64,000 nt of DNA, taken from the NCBI GenBank assembly GCA_964016885.1, contig OZ024741.1, positions 6,882,001 to 6,946,000 of the forward strand, read 5' to 3'. The stretch is from Eledone cirrhosa (lineage: Eukaryota). Under the pieces are notes generated by a model. That model did no database searches. It saw only the letters and a list, made by a program, of their open reading frames with translations, and was not told the origin of the DNA. Below, piece by piece: positions 1-16,010 of the stretch (position 1 is its first letter; every line of letters begins with the position of its first letter). The position numbers and the translations under genes are program-made.

Positions 1-3000
1 TAACATACCTCCTAGCTATATAACATACCTCCTGGCTATATCACATACCTCCTAGCTATATAACATTCCTCCTGGCTATATAACATACCTACTGGTTATA
101 TAACATACCTACTGGCTATATAATATAACATACCTACTGGCTATATAACATACCTACTGGTTATATAACATACTTACTGTCTATATAACATACCTACTGT
201 CTATATAACATACCTACTGGCAATATAACATACCTCCTGGCTATATAACATATTTCCTGGCTATATCACATACCTCCTAGCTATTTAACATTCCTCCTGG
301 CTATATAACATACCTACTAGTTATATAACATTCCTACTGGTTATATAACATACCATATAGCTATATAACATACCTCCTACCTATATAACATACCTTCTGG
401 TTATATAACATACCTCCTGGCTATATAACATACCTACTGGTTATATAACGTACCTCCTGGTTATATAACATACCTCCTAGCTATATAACATACCTTCTGG
501 TTATATAACATGCCTCCTGGTTATATAACATACCTACTGGCTATATAACATACCTCCTGGCTATATAACATACCTACTGGCTATATAACATACCTCCTGG
601 CTATATAACATACCTACCGGCTATATAACATACCTTCTGGCTATATAACTTACCTCCTGGCTATATAACATACCTACTGGTTATATAACATACCTACTGG
701 CTATATAACATACCTTCTGGCTATATAACTTAACTCCTGGCTATATAACATACCTACTGGTTATATAACATATATACTGGCTATATAACTTACCTACTGG
801 TTATATAACATACCTACTGGCTATATAACATACCTACTGGTTATATAACATACCTACTGGCTATATAACATATCTACTGGTTATATAACATACCTACTAC
901 CTATATAACATACCTACTGGCTATATAACATACCTACTGGCTATATAACATACCTACTGGTTATATAACATACCTTCTGGCTATATAAATTACCTCTTGG
1001 CTATATAACATACCTACTGGTTATATAACATACCTACTGGCTATATAACATACCTACTGGCTATATAACATACCTCCTGGCTATATAACATACCTTCTGG
1101 CTATATAACATACCCCCCCTAGCTATATAACATACCTCCTGGCTATATAACATACCTACTGGTTATATAACATACCTCCTAGCTATAAAACATACTTTCT
1201 GGTTATATAACATAACTACTGGTTATATAACATACCTCCTAGCTATATAACATACCTTCTGGTTATAAAACATACCTTTTGGTTATATAACATACCTCCT
1301 AGCTATATAACATACCTTCTGGTTATATAACATACCTACTGGTTATATAACATATATACTGGCTATATACCTTACCTACTGGTTATATAACATACCTCCT
1401 AGCTATATAACATACTATCTGGTTATATAACATACCTAATGTTTATATATCATACCTCCTAGCTATATAACATACCTCCTGGCTATATAACATACATTCT
1501 GGCTATATAACATACCTCCTAGCTATATAACATACCTTCTGGTTATATAACATAACTACTGTTTATATAACATACCTCCTAGCTATATAACATACATCCT
1601 GGCTGTATAACATACCTCCTGGCTATATAACATATCTACTGGTTATATAACATACCTCCTGGCTATATAACATACCTACTGGTTATATAACATACCTCCT
1701 AGATATATAACATACTTTCTGGTTATATAACATACCTCCTGGCTATATAACATACCTACTGGATATATAAATTACCCCCTGGCTATATAACATACATTCT
1801 GGCTATATCATATACCTCCTAGCTATATAACATACCTCCTGGCTATATAACATATCTAATGGTTATATAACATACCTACTGGTTATATAACATACCTACT
1901 GTCTATATAACATAACTACTGGCTATATAACATACCTCCTGGCTATATAACATACTTCCTGGCTATATCATATAACTCCTAGCTATATAACATTCCTCCT
2001 GGCTATATAACATACCTACTGGTTATATAACATACCTACTGGCTATATAACATACCTACTGTCTATATAACATACCTACTGGCTATATAACATAACTCCT
2101 GGCTATATAACATACTTCCTTACTATATCACATACCTCCTAGCTATATAACATTCCTCCTGGCAATATAACATACCTACTGGTTATATAACATACCTACT
2201 GTCTATATAACATACCTACTGGCTATATAACATACCTCCTGGCTATATAACATACTTCCTGGCTATATCACATACCTCCTAGCTATATAACATTCCTCCT
2301 GGCTATATAACATACCTACTGGTTATATAACATAACTACTGGCTATATAACATACCTACTGGCTATATAAATTACCTCCTGGCTATATAACATACCTACT
2401 GGTTATATAACATACCTACTGGGTATATAACATACCACCTAGCTATATAACATACCTGCTACCTATATAACATATCTTCTGGTTATATAACATAACTCCT
2501 GGCTATATAACACACCTACTGGTTATATAAATTACCTCCTGGCTATATAACATACTTCCTGGCTATATCACATACCTCTTAGCTATATAACATTCCTCCT
2601 GGCTATATAACATACCTACTGGTTATATAACATACCTACTGGCTATATAACATACCTACTGGCTATATAAATTACCTCCTGGCTATATAACATACCTACT
2701 GGTTATATAACATTCCTACTGGTTATATAACATACCACCTAGCTATATAACATACCTCCTACCTATATAACATACCTTCTGGTTATATAACATACCTCCT
2801 GGCTATATAACATACCTACTGGTTATATAACATACCTCCTGGTTATATAACATACCTCCTACCTATATAACATATCTTCTGGTTATATAACATGCCTCCT
2901 GGTTATATAACATACCTACTGGCTATATAACATACCTCCTGGCTATATAACATACCTACTGGCTATATAACATACCTCCTGGCTATATAACATACCTACC

Positions 3001-3589
3001 GGCTATATAACATACCTTCTGGCTATATAACTTACCTCCTAGCTATATAACATACCTTCTTGTTATATAATATACCTCCTGGCTATATAACATACCTCCT
3101 AGCTATATAACATACCTTCTGGTTATATAACATGCCTCCTGGTTATATAACATACCTACTGGCTATATAACATACCTCCTGGCTATATAACATACCTACT
3201 GGCTATATAACATACCTCCTGGCTATATAACATACCTACCGGCTATATAACATACGTTCTGGCTATATAACTTACCTCCTAGCTGTATAACATACCTTCT
3301 GGTTATATAACATACCTCCTGGCTATATAAGATACCTACTGGCTATATAACATACCTACTGGCTATATAACATACCTCCTGGCTATATAACATACCTACT
3401 GGTTATATAACATACCTACTGGCTATATAACATACCTCCTGGCTATATAACATACATCCTGGCTATATCACATACCTACTAGCTATATAACATTCCTCCT
3501 GGCTATATAACATACCTACTGGTTATATAACATACCTACTGGCTATATAATATAACATACCTACTGGCTATATAACATACCTACTGGTT

Positions 3590-6500
3590 ATATAACATAC
3601 CTACTGGCTCTATAACATACCTACTGTCTATATAACATACCTACTGGCTATATAACATACCTCCTGGCTATATAACATACTTCCTGGCTATATCACATAC
3701 CTCCTAGCTATATAACATTCGTCCTGGCTATATAACATACCCACTGGTTATATAACATACTTACTGGCTATATAACATACCTACTGGCTATATAAATTAC
3801 CTCCTGGCTATATAACATACCTACTAGTTATATAACATTCCTACTGGTTATATAACATACCACATAGCTATATAACATACCTCCTACATATATAACATAC
3901 CTTCTGGTTATATAACATACCTCCTGGCTATATAACATACCTACTGGTTATATAACATACCTCCTGGTTATATAACATACCTCCTAGCTATATAACATAC
4001 CTCCTGGCTATGTAACATACCTACTGGCTATATAACATACCTCCTGGCTATATAACATACCTACCGGCTATATAACAAACCTTCTGGCTATATAACTTAC
4101 CTCCTGGCTATGTAACATACCTACTGGTTATATAACATATATACTGGCTATATAACTTACCTACTGGTTATATAACATACCTACTGGCTATATAACATAC
4201 CTACTGGTTATATAACATACCTACTGGCTATATAACATACCTACTGGTTATATAACATACCTACTACCTATATAACATACCTACTGGCTATATAACATAC
4301 CTACTGGCTATATAACATACCTACTGGTTATATAACATACCTTCTGGCTATATAAATTACAACTTGGCTATATAACATACCCACTGGTTATATAACATAC
4401 CTACTGGCTATATAACATACCTACTGGCTATATAACATACCTCCTGGCTATATAAAGTACCTTCTGGCTATATAACATACCTCCTAGCTATATAACATAC
4501 CTCCTGGCTATATAACATACCTACTGGTTATATAACATACCTCATAGCTATATAACATACTTTCTGGTTATATAACATAACTACTGGTTATATAACATAC
4601 CTCCTAGCTATATAACATACCTTCTGGTTATAAAACATACCTTCTGGTTATATAACATACCTCCTAGCTATATAACATTCCTCCTGGCTATATAACATAC
4701 CTACTGGTTATATAACATACCTACTGGCTATATAACATACCTACTGGCTATATAAATTACCTCCTGGCTATATAACATACCTACTAGTTATATAACATTC
4801 CTACTGGTTATATAACATACCACATAGCTATATAACATACCTCCTACCTATATAACATACCTTCTGGTTATATAACATACCTCCTGGCTATATAACATAC
4901 CTACTGGTTATATAACATACCTACTGGCTATATAATATAACATACCTACTGGCTATATAACATACCTACTGGTTATATAACATACCTTCTGGCTATATAA
5001 CATACCTACTGTCTATATAACATACCTACTGGCTATATAACATACCTCCTGGCTATATAACATACTTCCTGGCTATATCACATACATCCTAGCTATATAA
5101 CATTCCTCCTGGCTATATAACATACCTACTGGCTCTATAACATACCTACTGTCTATATAACATACCTACTGGCTATATAACATACCTCCTGGCTATATAA
5201 CATACTTCCTGGCTATATCACATACCTCCTAGCTATATAACATTCGTCCTGGCTATATAACATACCTACTGGTTATATAACATACTTACTGGCTATATAA
5301 CATACCTACTGGCTATATAAATTACCTCCTGGCTATATAACATACCTACTAGTTATATAACATTCCTACTGGTTATATAACATACCACATAGCTATATAA
5401 CATACCTCCTACCTATATAACATACCTTCTGGTTATATAACATACCTCCTGGCTATATAACATACCTACTGGTTATATAACATACCTCCTGGTTATATAA
5501 CATACCTCCTAGCTATATAACATACCTCCTGGCTATGTAACATACCTACTGGCTATATAACATACCTCCTGGCTATATAACATACCTACCGGCTATATAA
5601 CAAACCTTCTGACTATATAACTTACCTCCTGGCTATATAACATACCTACTGGTTATATAACATATATACTGGCTATATAACTTACCTACTGGTTATATAA
5701 CATACCTACTGGCTATATAACATACCTACTGGTTATATAACATACCTACTGGCTATATAACATACCTACTGGTTATATAACATACCTACTACCTATATAA
5801 CATACCTACTGGCTATATAACATACATACTGGCTATATAACATACCTACTGGTTATATAACATACCTTCTGGCTATATAAATTACAACTTGGCTATATAA
5901 CATACCCACTGGTTATATAACATACCTACTGGCTATATAACATACCTACTGGCTATATAACATACCTCCTGGCTATATAAAGTACCTTCTGGCTATATAA
6001 CATACCTCCTAGCTATATAACATACCTCCTGGCTATATAACATACCTACTGGTTATATAACATACCTCATAGCTATATAACATACTTTCTGGTTATATAA
6101 CATAACTACTGGTTATATAACATACCTCCTAGCTATATAACATACCTTCTGGTTATAAAACATACCTTCTGGTTATATAACATAACTCCTAGCTATATAA
6201 CATTCCTCCTGGCTATATAACATACCTACTGGTTATATAACATACCTACTGGCTATATAACATACCTACTGGCTATATAAATTACCTCCTGGCTATATAA
6301 CATACCTACTAGTTATATAACATTCCTACTGGTTATATAACATACCACATAGCTATATAACATACCTCCTACCTATATAACATACCTTCTGGTTATATAA
6401 CATACCTCCTGGCTATATAACATACCTACTGGTTATATAACATACCTACTGGCTATATAATATAACATACCTACTGGCTATATAACATACCTACTGGTTA

Positions 6501-6650
6501 TATAACATACCTTCTGGCTATATAACATACCTACTGTCTATATAACATACCTACTGGCTATATAACATACCTCCTGGCTATATAACATACTTCCTGGCTA
6601 TATCACATACATCCTAGCTATATAACATTCCTCCTGGCTATATAACATAC
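3590..6650. repeat. Tandem duplication, unit 1,525 bp (75x20 + one 25-mer), 2 copies
   Basis: Rare variants recur at +1525: GGCTCTATAA (3610/5135), CATTCGTCC (3721/5246), AATTACAACTTGG (4361/5886), TATAA duplication (4936/6461). Confidence 0.9.
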
Positions 6651-9600
6651 CTACTGGTTATATAACATACCTACTGTCTATATAACATACCTACTGGCTA
6701 TATAACATACCTCCTGGCTATATAACATACTTCCTGGCTATATCACATACCTCCTAGCTATATAACATTCCTCCTGGCTATATAACATACCTACTGGTTA
6801 TATAACATACCTACTGGCTATATAACATACCTACTGGCTATATAAATTACCTCCTGGCTATATAACATACCTACTAGTTATATAACATTCCTACTGGTTA
6901 TATAACATACCACATAGCTATATAACATACCTCCTACCTATATAACATACCTTCTGGTTATATAACATACCTCCTGGCTATATAACATACCTACTGGTTA
7001 TATAACGTACCTCCTGGTTATATAACATACCTCCTAGCTATATAACATACCTTCTGGTTATATAACATGCCTCCTGGTTATATAACATACCTACTGGCTA
7101 TATAACATACCTCCTGGCTATATAACATAACTACTGGCTATATAACATACCTCCTGGCTATACAACATACCTACCGGCTATATAACATACCTTCTGGCTA
7201 TATAACTTACCTCCTGGCTATATAACATACCTACTGGTTATATAACATACCTACTGGCTATATAACATACCTTCTGGCTATATAACTTACCTCCTGGCTA
7301 TATAACATACCTACTGGTTATATAACATATATACTGGCTATATAACTTACCTACTGGTTATATAACATACCTACTGGCTATATAACATACCTACTGGTTA
7401 TATAACATACCTACTGGCTATATAACATACCTACTGGTTATATAACATACCTACTACCTATATAACATACCTACTGGCTATATAACATACCTACTGGCTA
7501 TATAACATACCTACTGGTTATATAACATACCTTCTGGCTATATAAATTACCTCTTGGCTATATAACATACCTACTGGTTATATAACATACCTACTGGCTA
7601 TATAACATACCTACTGGCTATATAACATACCTCCTGGCTATATAACATACATTCTGGCTATATAACATACCCCCTAGCTATATAACATACCTCCTGGCTA
7701 TATAACATACCTACTGGTTATATAACATACCTCCTAGCTATATAACATACTTTCTGGTTATATAACATAACTACTGGTTATATAACATACCTCCTAGCTA
7801 TATAACATACCATATGGTTATAAAACATACCTTTTGGTTATATAACATACCTCCTAGCTATATAACATACCTTCTGGTTATATAACATACCTACTGGTTA
7901 TATAACATATATACTGGCTATATACCTTACCTACTGGTTATATAACATACCTCCTAGCTATATAACATACCATCTGGTTATATAACATACCTAATGTTTA
8001 TATATCATACCTCCTAGCTATATAACATACCTCCTGGCTATATAACATACATTCTGGCTATATAACATACCTCCTAGCTATATAACATACCTTCTGGTTA
8101 TATAACATAACTACTGTTTATATAACATACCTCCTAGCTATATAACATACATCCTGGCTATATAAACTACCTCCTGGCTATATAACATATCTACTGGTTA
8201 TATAACATACCTACTGGTTATATAACATACCTACTGGCTATATAACATAACTACTGGCTATATAACATACCTCCTGGCTATATAACATACCTTCTGGCTA
8301 TATAACATACCTCCTAGTTATATAACTTACCTCCTGGCTATATAACATACCTACTGGTTATATAACATACCTCCTAGCTATATAACATACTTTCTGGTTA
8401 TATAACATACCTCCTGGCTATATAACATACCTACTGGCTATATAAATTACCCCCTGGCTATATAACATACTTCCTGGCTATATCATATACCTCCTAGCTA
8501 TATAACATTCCTCCTGGCTATATAACATACCTACTGGTTATATAACATACCTACTGGCTATATAACATACCTACTGTCTATATAACATACCTACTGGCTA
8601 TATAACATAACTCCTGGCTATATAACATACTTCCTTGCTATATCACATACCTCCTAGCTATATAACATTCCTCCTGGCAATATAACATACCTACTGGTTA
8701 TATAACATACCTACTGGCTATATAACATACCTACTGGCTATATAAAGTACCTCCTGGCTATATAACATACCTACTGGTTATATAACATACCTACTGAGTA
8801 TATAACATACCACCTAGCTATATAACATACCTCCTACCTATATAACATATCTTCTGGTTATATAACATAACTCCTGGCTATATAACACACCTACTGGTTA
8901 TATAAATTACCTCCTGGCTATATAACATACTTCCTGGCTATATCACATACCTCTTAGCTATATAACATTCCTCCTGGCTATATAACATACCTACTGGTTA
9001 TATAACATACCTACTGGCTATATAATATAACATAACTACTGGCTATATAACATATCTACTGGTTATATATCATACCTACTGGCTATATAACATACCTACT
9101 GTCTATATAACCTACCTACTGGCTATATAACATACCTCCTGGTTATATAACATACTTCCTGGCTATATCACTTACCTCCTAGCTATATAACATTCCTCCT
9201 GGCTATATAACATACCTACTGGTTATATAACATACCTACTGTCTATATAACATACCTACTGGCTATATAACATACCTCCTGGCTATATAACATACTTCCT
9301 GGCTACATCACATACCTCCTAGCTATATAACATTCCTCCTGGCTATATAACATACCTACTGGTTATATAACATTCCTACTGGTTATATAACATACCACCT
9401 AGATATATAACATACCTCCTACCTATATAACATACCTTCTGGTTATATAACATACCTCCTGGCTATATAACATACCTACTGGTTATATAACATACCTCCT
9501 GGTTATATAACATACCTCCTAGCTATATAACATATCTTCTGGTTATATAACATGCCTCCTGGTTATATAACATACCTACTGGCTATATAACATACCTCCT

Positions 9601-11744
9601 GGCTATATAACATACCTACTGGCTATATAACATACCTCCTGGCTATATAACTTAACTCCTAGCTATATAACATACCTTCTTGTTATATAACATACCTCCT
9701 GGCTATATAACATACCTCCTAGCTATATAACACACCTTATGGTTATATAACATGCCTCCTGGTTATATAACATACCTACTGGCTATATAACATACCTCCT
9801 GGCTATATAACATACCTACTGGCTATATCACATACCTCCTGGCTATATAACATACCTACCGGCTATATAACATACCTTCTGGCTATATACCTTACCTCCT
9901 AGCTATATAACATACCTTCTGGTTATATAACATACCTCCTGGCTATATAAGATACCTACTGGCTATATAACATACCTACTGGCTATATAACATACCTCCT
10001 GGCTATATAACATACCTACTGGTTATATAACATACCTATTGGTTATATAACATACCTACTGGCTATATAACATACCTCCTAGCTATATAACATACCTGCT
10101 GGCTATATAACATACCTACTGGTTATATAACATACCTCCTAGCTATATAACATACCTTCTGGTTATATAACATACCTACTGGTTATATAACATACCTACT
10201 GGCTATATATCATACCTACTGTCTATATAACATACCTACTGGCTATATAACATACCTCCTGGCTATATAACATACTTCCTGGCTATATCACATACCTCCT
10301 AGCTATATAACATTCCTCCTGGCTATATAACATACCTACTGGTTATATAACATACCTACTGTCTATATAACATACCTACTGGCTATATAACATACCTCCT
10401 GGCTATATAACATACTTCCTGGCTATATCACATACCTCCTAGCTATATAACATTCCTCCTGGCTATATAACATACCTACTGGTTATATAACATACCTACT
10501 GGCTATATAACATACCTACTGGCTATATAAATTACCTCCTGGCTATATAACATACCTACTAGTTATATAACATTCCTACTGGTTATATAAGATACCACAT
10601 AGCTATTTAACATACCTCCTACCTATATAACATACCTTCTGGTTATATAACATATCTCCTGGCTATATAACATACCTACTGGTTATATAACATACCTCCT
10701 GGTTATATAACATATCTCCTAGCTATATAACATACCTTCTGGTTATATAACATGCCTCCTGGTTATATAACATACCTACTGGCTATATAACATACCAGCT
10801 GGCTATATAACATACCTACTGGCTATATAACATACCTCCTGGCTATATAACATACCTACCGGCTATATAACAATCCCTCTGGCTATATAACTTACCTACG
10901 AGCTATATAACGTAACTTCAGGTTATATAACATACCTCCTGGCTATATAACATACCTACTGGCTATATAACATACCTACTGGTTATATAAGATACCTACT
11001 GGCTATATAACATACCACCTGGCTATATAACATACCTCCTGGCTATATAACATACCTACTCGCTATATAACATACCTACCGGCTATATAACATACCTTCT
11101 GGCTATATAACTTACCTACTGGTTATATAAAATACCTCCTAGCTATATAACATACCTCCTGGCTATATAACATACCTTCTGGCTATATAACATACCTCCT
11201 AGCTATATAACATACCTTCTGGTTATATAACATAACTACTGTTTATATAACATAACTCCTAGCTATATAACATACATCCTGGCTATATAACATACCTCCT
11301 GGCTATATAACATATCTACTGCTTATATAACATACCTACTGGTTATATAACATACCTACTGGCTATATAACATACCTCCTGGCTATATAACATACCTTCT
11401 GGCTATATAACATACCCCCTAGCTATATAACATACCTCCTGGCTATATAACATACCTACTGGTTATATAACATACCTCCTAGCTATATAACATACTTTCT
11501 GGTTATATAACATAACTACTGGTTATATAACATACCTCCTAGCTATATAACATACCTTCTGGTTATAAAACATACCTTTTGGTTATATAACATACCTCCT
11601 AGCTATATAACATACCTTCTGGTTATATAACATACCTCCTAGCTATATAACATACCATCTGGTTATATAACATACCTAATGTTTATATATCATACCTCCT
11701 AGCTATATAACATACCTCCTGGCTATATAACATACATTCTGGCT

Positions 11745-14700
11745 ATATAACATACCTCCTAGCTATATAACATACCTTCTGGTTATATAACATAACTACT
11801 GTTTATGTAACATACCTCCTAGCTATATAACATACATCCTGGCTATATAAACTACCTCCTGGCTATATAACATATCTACTGGTTATATAACATACCTACT
11901 GGTTATATAACATACCTACTGGCTATATAACATAACTACTGGCTATATAACATACCTCCTGGCTATATAACATACCTTCTGGCTATATAACATACCTCCT
12001 AGTTATATAACTTACCTCCTGGCTATATAACATACCTACTGGTTATATAACATACCTCCTAGCTATATAACATACTTTCTGGTTATATAACATACCTCCT
12101 GGCTATATAACATACATACTGGCTATATAAATTACCCCCTGGCTATATAACATACTTCCTGGCTATATCATATACCTCCTAGCTATATAACATTCCTCCT
12201 GGCTATATAACATACCTACTGGTTATATAACATACCTACTGGCTATATAACATACCTACTGTCTATATAACATACCTACTGGCTATATAACATAACTCCT
12301 GGCTATATAACATACTTCCTTGCTATATCACATACCTCCTAGCTATATAACATTCCTCCTGGCAATATAACATACCTACTGGTTATATAACATACCTACT
12401 GTCTATATAACATACCTACTGGCTATATAACATACCTCCTGGCTATATAACATACTTCCTGGCTATATCACATACCTCCTAGCTATATAACATTCCTCCT
12501 GGCTATATAACATACCTACTGGTTATATAACATACCTACTGGCTATATAACATACCTACTGGCTATATAAAGTACCTCCTGGCTATATAACATACCTACT
12601 GGTTATATAACATACCTACTGGGTATATAACATACCACCTAGCTATATAACATACCTCCTACCTATATAACATACCTTCTGGTTATATAACATAACTCCT
12701 GGCTATATAACACACCTACTGGTTATATAAATTACCTCCTGGCTATATAACATACTTCCTGGCTATATCACATATCTCTTAGCTATATAACATATCTCCT
12801 GGCTATATAACATACCTACTGGTTATATGACATACCTACTGGCTATATAATATAACATACCTACTGGCTATATAACATACCTGCTGGTTATATATCATAC
12901 CTACTGGCTATATAACATACCTACTGTCTATATAACCTACCTACTGGCTATATAACATACCTCCTGGTTATATAACATACTCCCTGGCTATATCACATAC
13001 CTCCTAGCTATATAACATTCCTCCTGGCTATATAACATACCTACTGGTTATATAACATACCTACTGTCTATATAACATACCTACTGGCTATATAACATAC
13101 CTCCTGGCTATATAACATACTTCCTGGCTACATCACATACCTCCTAGCTATATAACATTCCTCCTGGCTATATAACATACCTACTGGTTATATAACGTAC
13201 CTACTGGCTATATAACATACCTACTGGCTATATAAATTACCTCCTGGCTATATAACATACCTACTGGTTATATAACATTCCTACTGGTTATATAACATAC
13301 CACCTAGATATATAACATACCTCCTACCTATATAACATACCTTCTGGTTATATAACATACCTCCTGGCTATATAACATACCTACTGGTTATATAACATAC
13401 CTCCTGGTGATATAACATACCTCCTAGCTATATAACATATCTTCTGGTTATATAACATGCCTCCTGGTTATATAACATATCTTCTGGTTATATAACATGC
13501 CTCCTGGTTATATAACATACCTACTGGCTATATAACATACCTCCTGGCTATATAACATACCTACTGGCTATATAACATACCTTCTGGCTATATAACTTAC
13601 CTCCTAGCTATATAACATACCTTCATGTTATATAACATACCTCCTGGCTATATAACATACCTCCTAGCTATATAACACACCTTCTGGTTATATAACATGC
13701 CTCCTGGTTATATAACATACCTACTGGCTATATAACATACCTCCTGGCTATATAACATACCTACTGGCTATATAACATACCTCCTGGCTATAAAACATAC
13801 CTACCGGCTATATAACATACCTTCTGGCTATATACCTTACCTCCTAGCTATATAACATACCTTCTGGTTATATAACATACCTCCTAGCTATATAACATAC
13901 CTTCTGGTTATATAACATAACTACTGTTTATGTAACATACCTCCTAGCTATATAACATACATCCTGGCTATATAAACTACCTCCTGGCTATATAACATAT
14001 CTACTGGTTATATAACATACCTACTGGTTATATAACATACCTACTGGCTATATAACATAACTACTGGCTATATAACATACCTCCTGGCTATATAACATAC
14101 CTTCTGGCTATATAACATACCTCCTAGTTATATAACTTACTTCCTGGCTATATAACATACCTACTGGTTATATAACATACCTCCTAGCTATATAACATAC
14201 TTTCTGGTTATATAACATACCTCCTGGCTATATAACATACATACTGGCTATATAAATTACCCCCTGGCTATATAACATACTTCCTGGCTATATCATATAC
14301 CTCCTAGCTATATAACATTCCTCCTGGCTATATAACATACCTACTCGTTATATAACATACCTACTGGCTATATAACATACCTACTGTCTATATAACATAC
14401 CTACTGGCTATATAACATAACTCCTGGCTATATAACATACTTCCTTGCTATATCACATACCTCCTAGCTATATAACATTCCTCCTGGCAATATAACATAC
14501 CTACTGGTTATATAACATACCTACTGTCTATATAACATACCTACTGGCTATATAACATACCTCCTGGCTATATAACATACTTCCTGGCTATATCACATAC
14601 CTCCTAGCTATATAACATTCCTCCTGGCTATATAACATACCTACTGGTTATATAACATACCTACTGGCTATATAACATACCTACTGGCTATATAAAGTAC

Positions 14701-16010
14701 CTCCTGGCTATATAACATACCTACTGGTTATATAACATACCTACTGGGTATATAACATACCACCTAGCTATATAACATACCTCCTACCTATATAACATAC
14801 CTTCTGGTTATATAACATAACTCCTGGCTATATAACACACCTACTGGTTATATAAATTACCTCCTGGCTATATAACATACTTCCTGGCTATATCACATAT
14901 CTCTTAGCTATATAACATATCTCCTGGCTATATAACATACCTACTGGTTATATAACATACCTACTGGCTATATAATATAACATACCTACTGGCTATATAA
15001 CATACCTGCTGGTTATATATCATACCTACTGGCTATATAACATACCTACTGTCTATATAACCTACCTACTGGCTATATAACATACCTCCTGGTTATATAA
15101 CATACTTCCTGGCTATATCACATACCTCCTAGCTATATAACATTCCTCCTGGCTATATAAAATACCTACTGGTTATATAACATACCTACTGTCTATATAA
15201 CATACCTACTGGCTATATAACATACCTCCTGGCTATATAACATACTTCCTGGCTACATCACATACCTCCTAGCTATATAACATTCCTCCTGGCTATATAA
15301 CATACCTACTGGTTATATAACGTACCTACTGGCTATATAACATACCTACTGGCTATATAAATTACCTCCTGGCTATATAACATACCTACTGGTTATATAA
15401 CATTCCTACTGGTTATATAACATACCACCTAGATATATAACATACCTCCTACCTATATAACATACCTTCTGGTTATATAACATACCTCCTGGCTATATAA
15501 CATACCTACTGGTTATATAACATACCTCCTGGTGATATAACATACCTCCTAGCTATATAACATATCTTCTGGTTATATAACATGCCTCCTGGTTATATAA
15601 CATATCTTCTGGTTATATAACATGCCTCCTGGTTATATAACATACCTACTGGCTATATAACATACCTCCTGGCTATATAACATACCTACTGGCTATATAA
15701 CATACCTTCTGGCTATATAACTTACCTCCTAGCTATATAACATACCTTCATGTTATATAACATACCTCCTGGCTATATAACATACCTCCTAGCTATATAA
15801 CACACCTTCTGGTTATATAACATGCCTCCTGGTTATATAACATACCTACTGGCTATATAACATACCTCCTGGCTATATAACATACCTACTGGCTATATAA
15901 CATACCTCCTGGCTATAAAACATACCTACCGGCTATATAACATACCTTCTGGCTATATACCTTACCTCCTAGCTATATAACATACCTTCTGGTTATATAA
16001 CATACCTCCT
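11745..16010. repeat. Tandem duplication, unit 2,125 bp (105x20 + one 25-mer), 2 copies
   Basis: Rare variants recur at +2125: GTTTATGTAA (11807/13932), TATAA duplication (12851/14976), GGTGATATAA (13409/15534), CTTCATGTT (13621/15746). Confidence 0.9.

Noticed and set aside
1111-1120. 22-bp monomer with a C7 run
   Set aside because: Paralogous positions (about 7670 and 11415) have C5, so this is a homopolymer slip or sequencing error and not informative.
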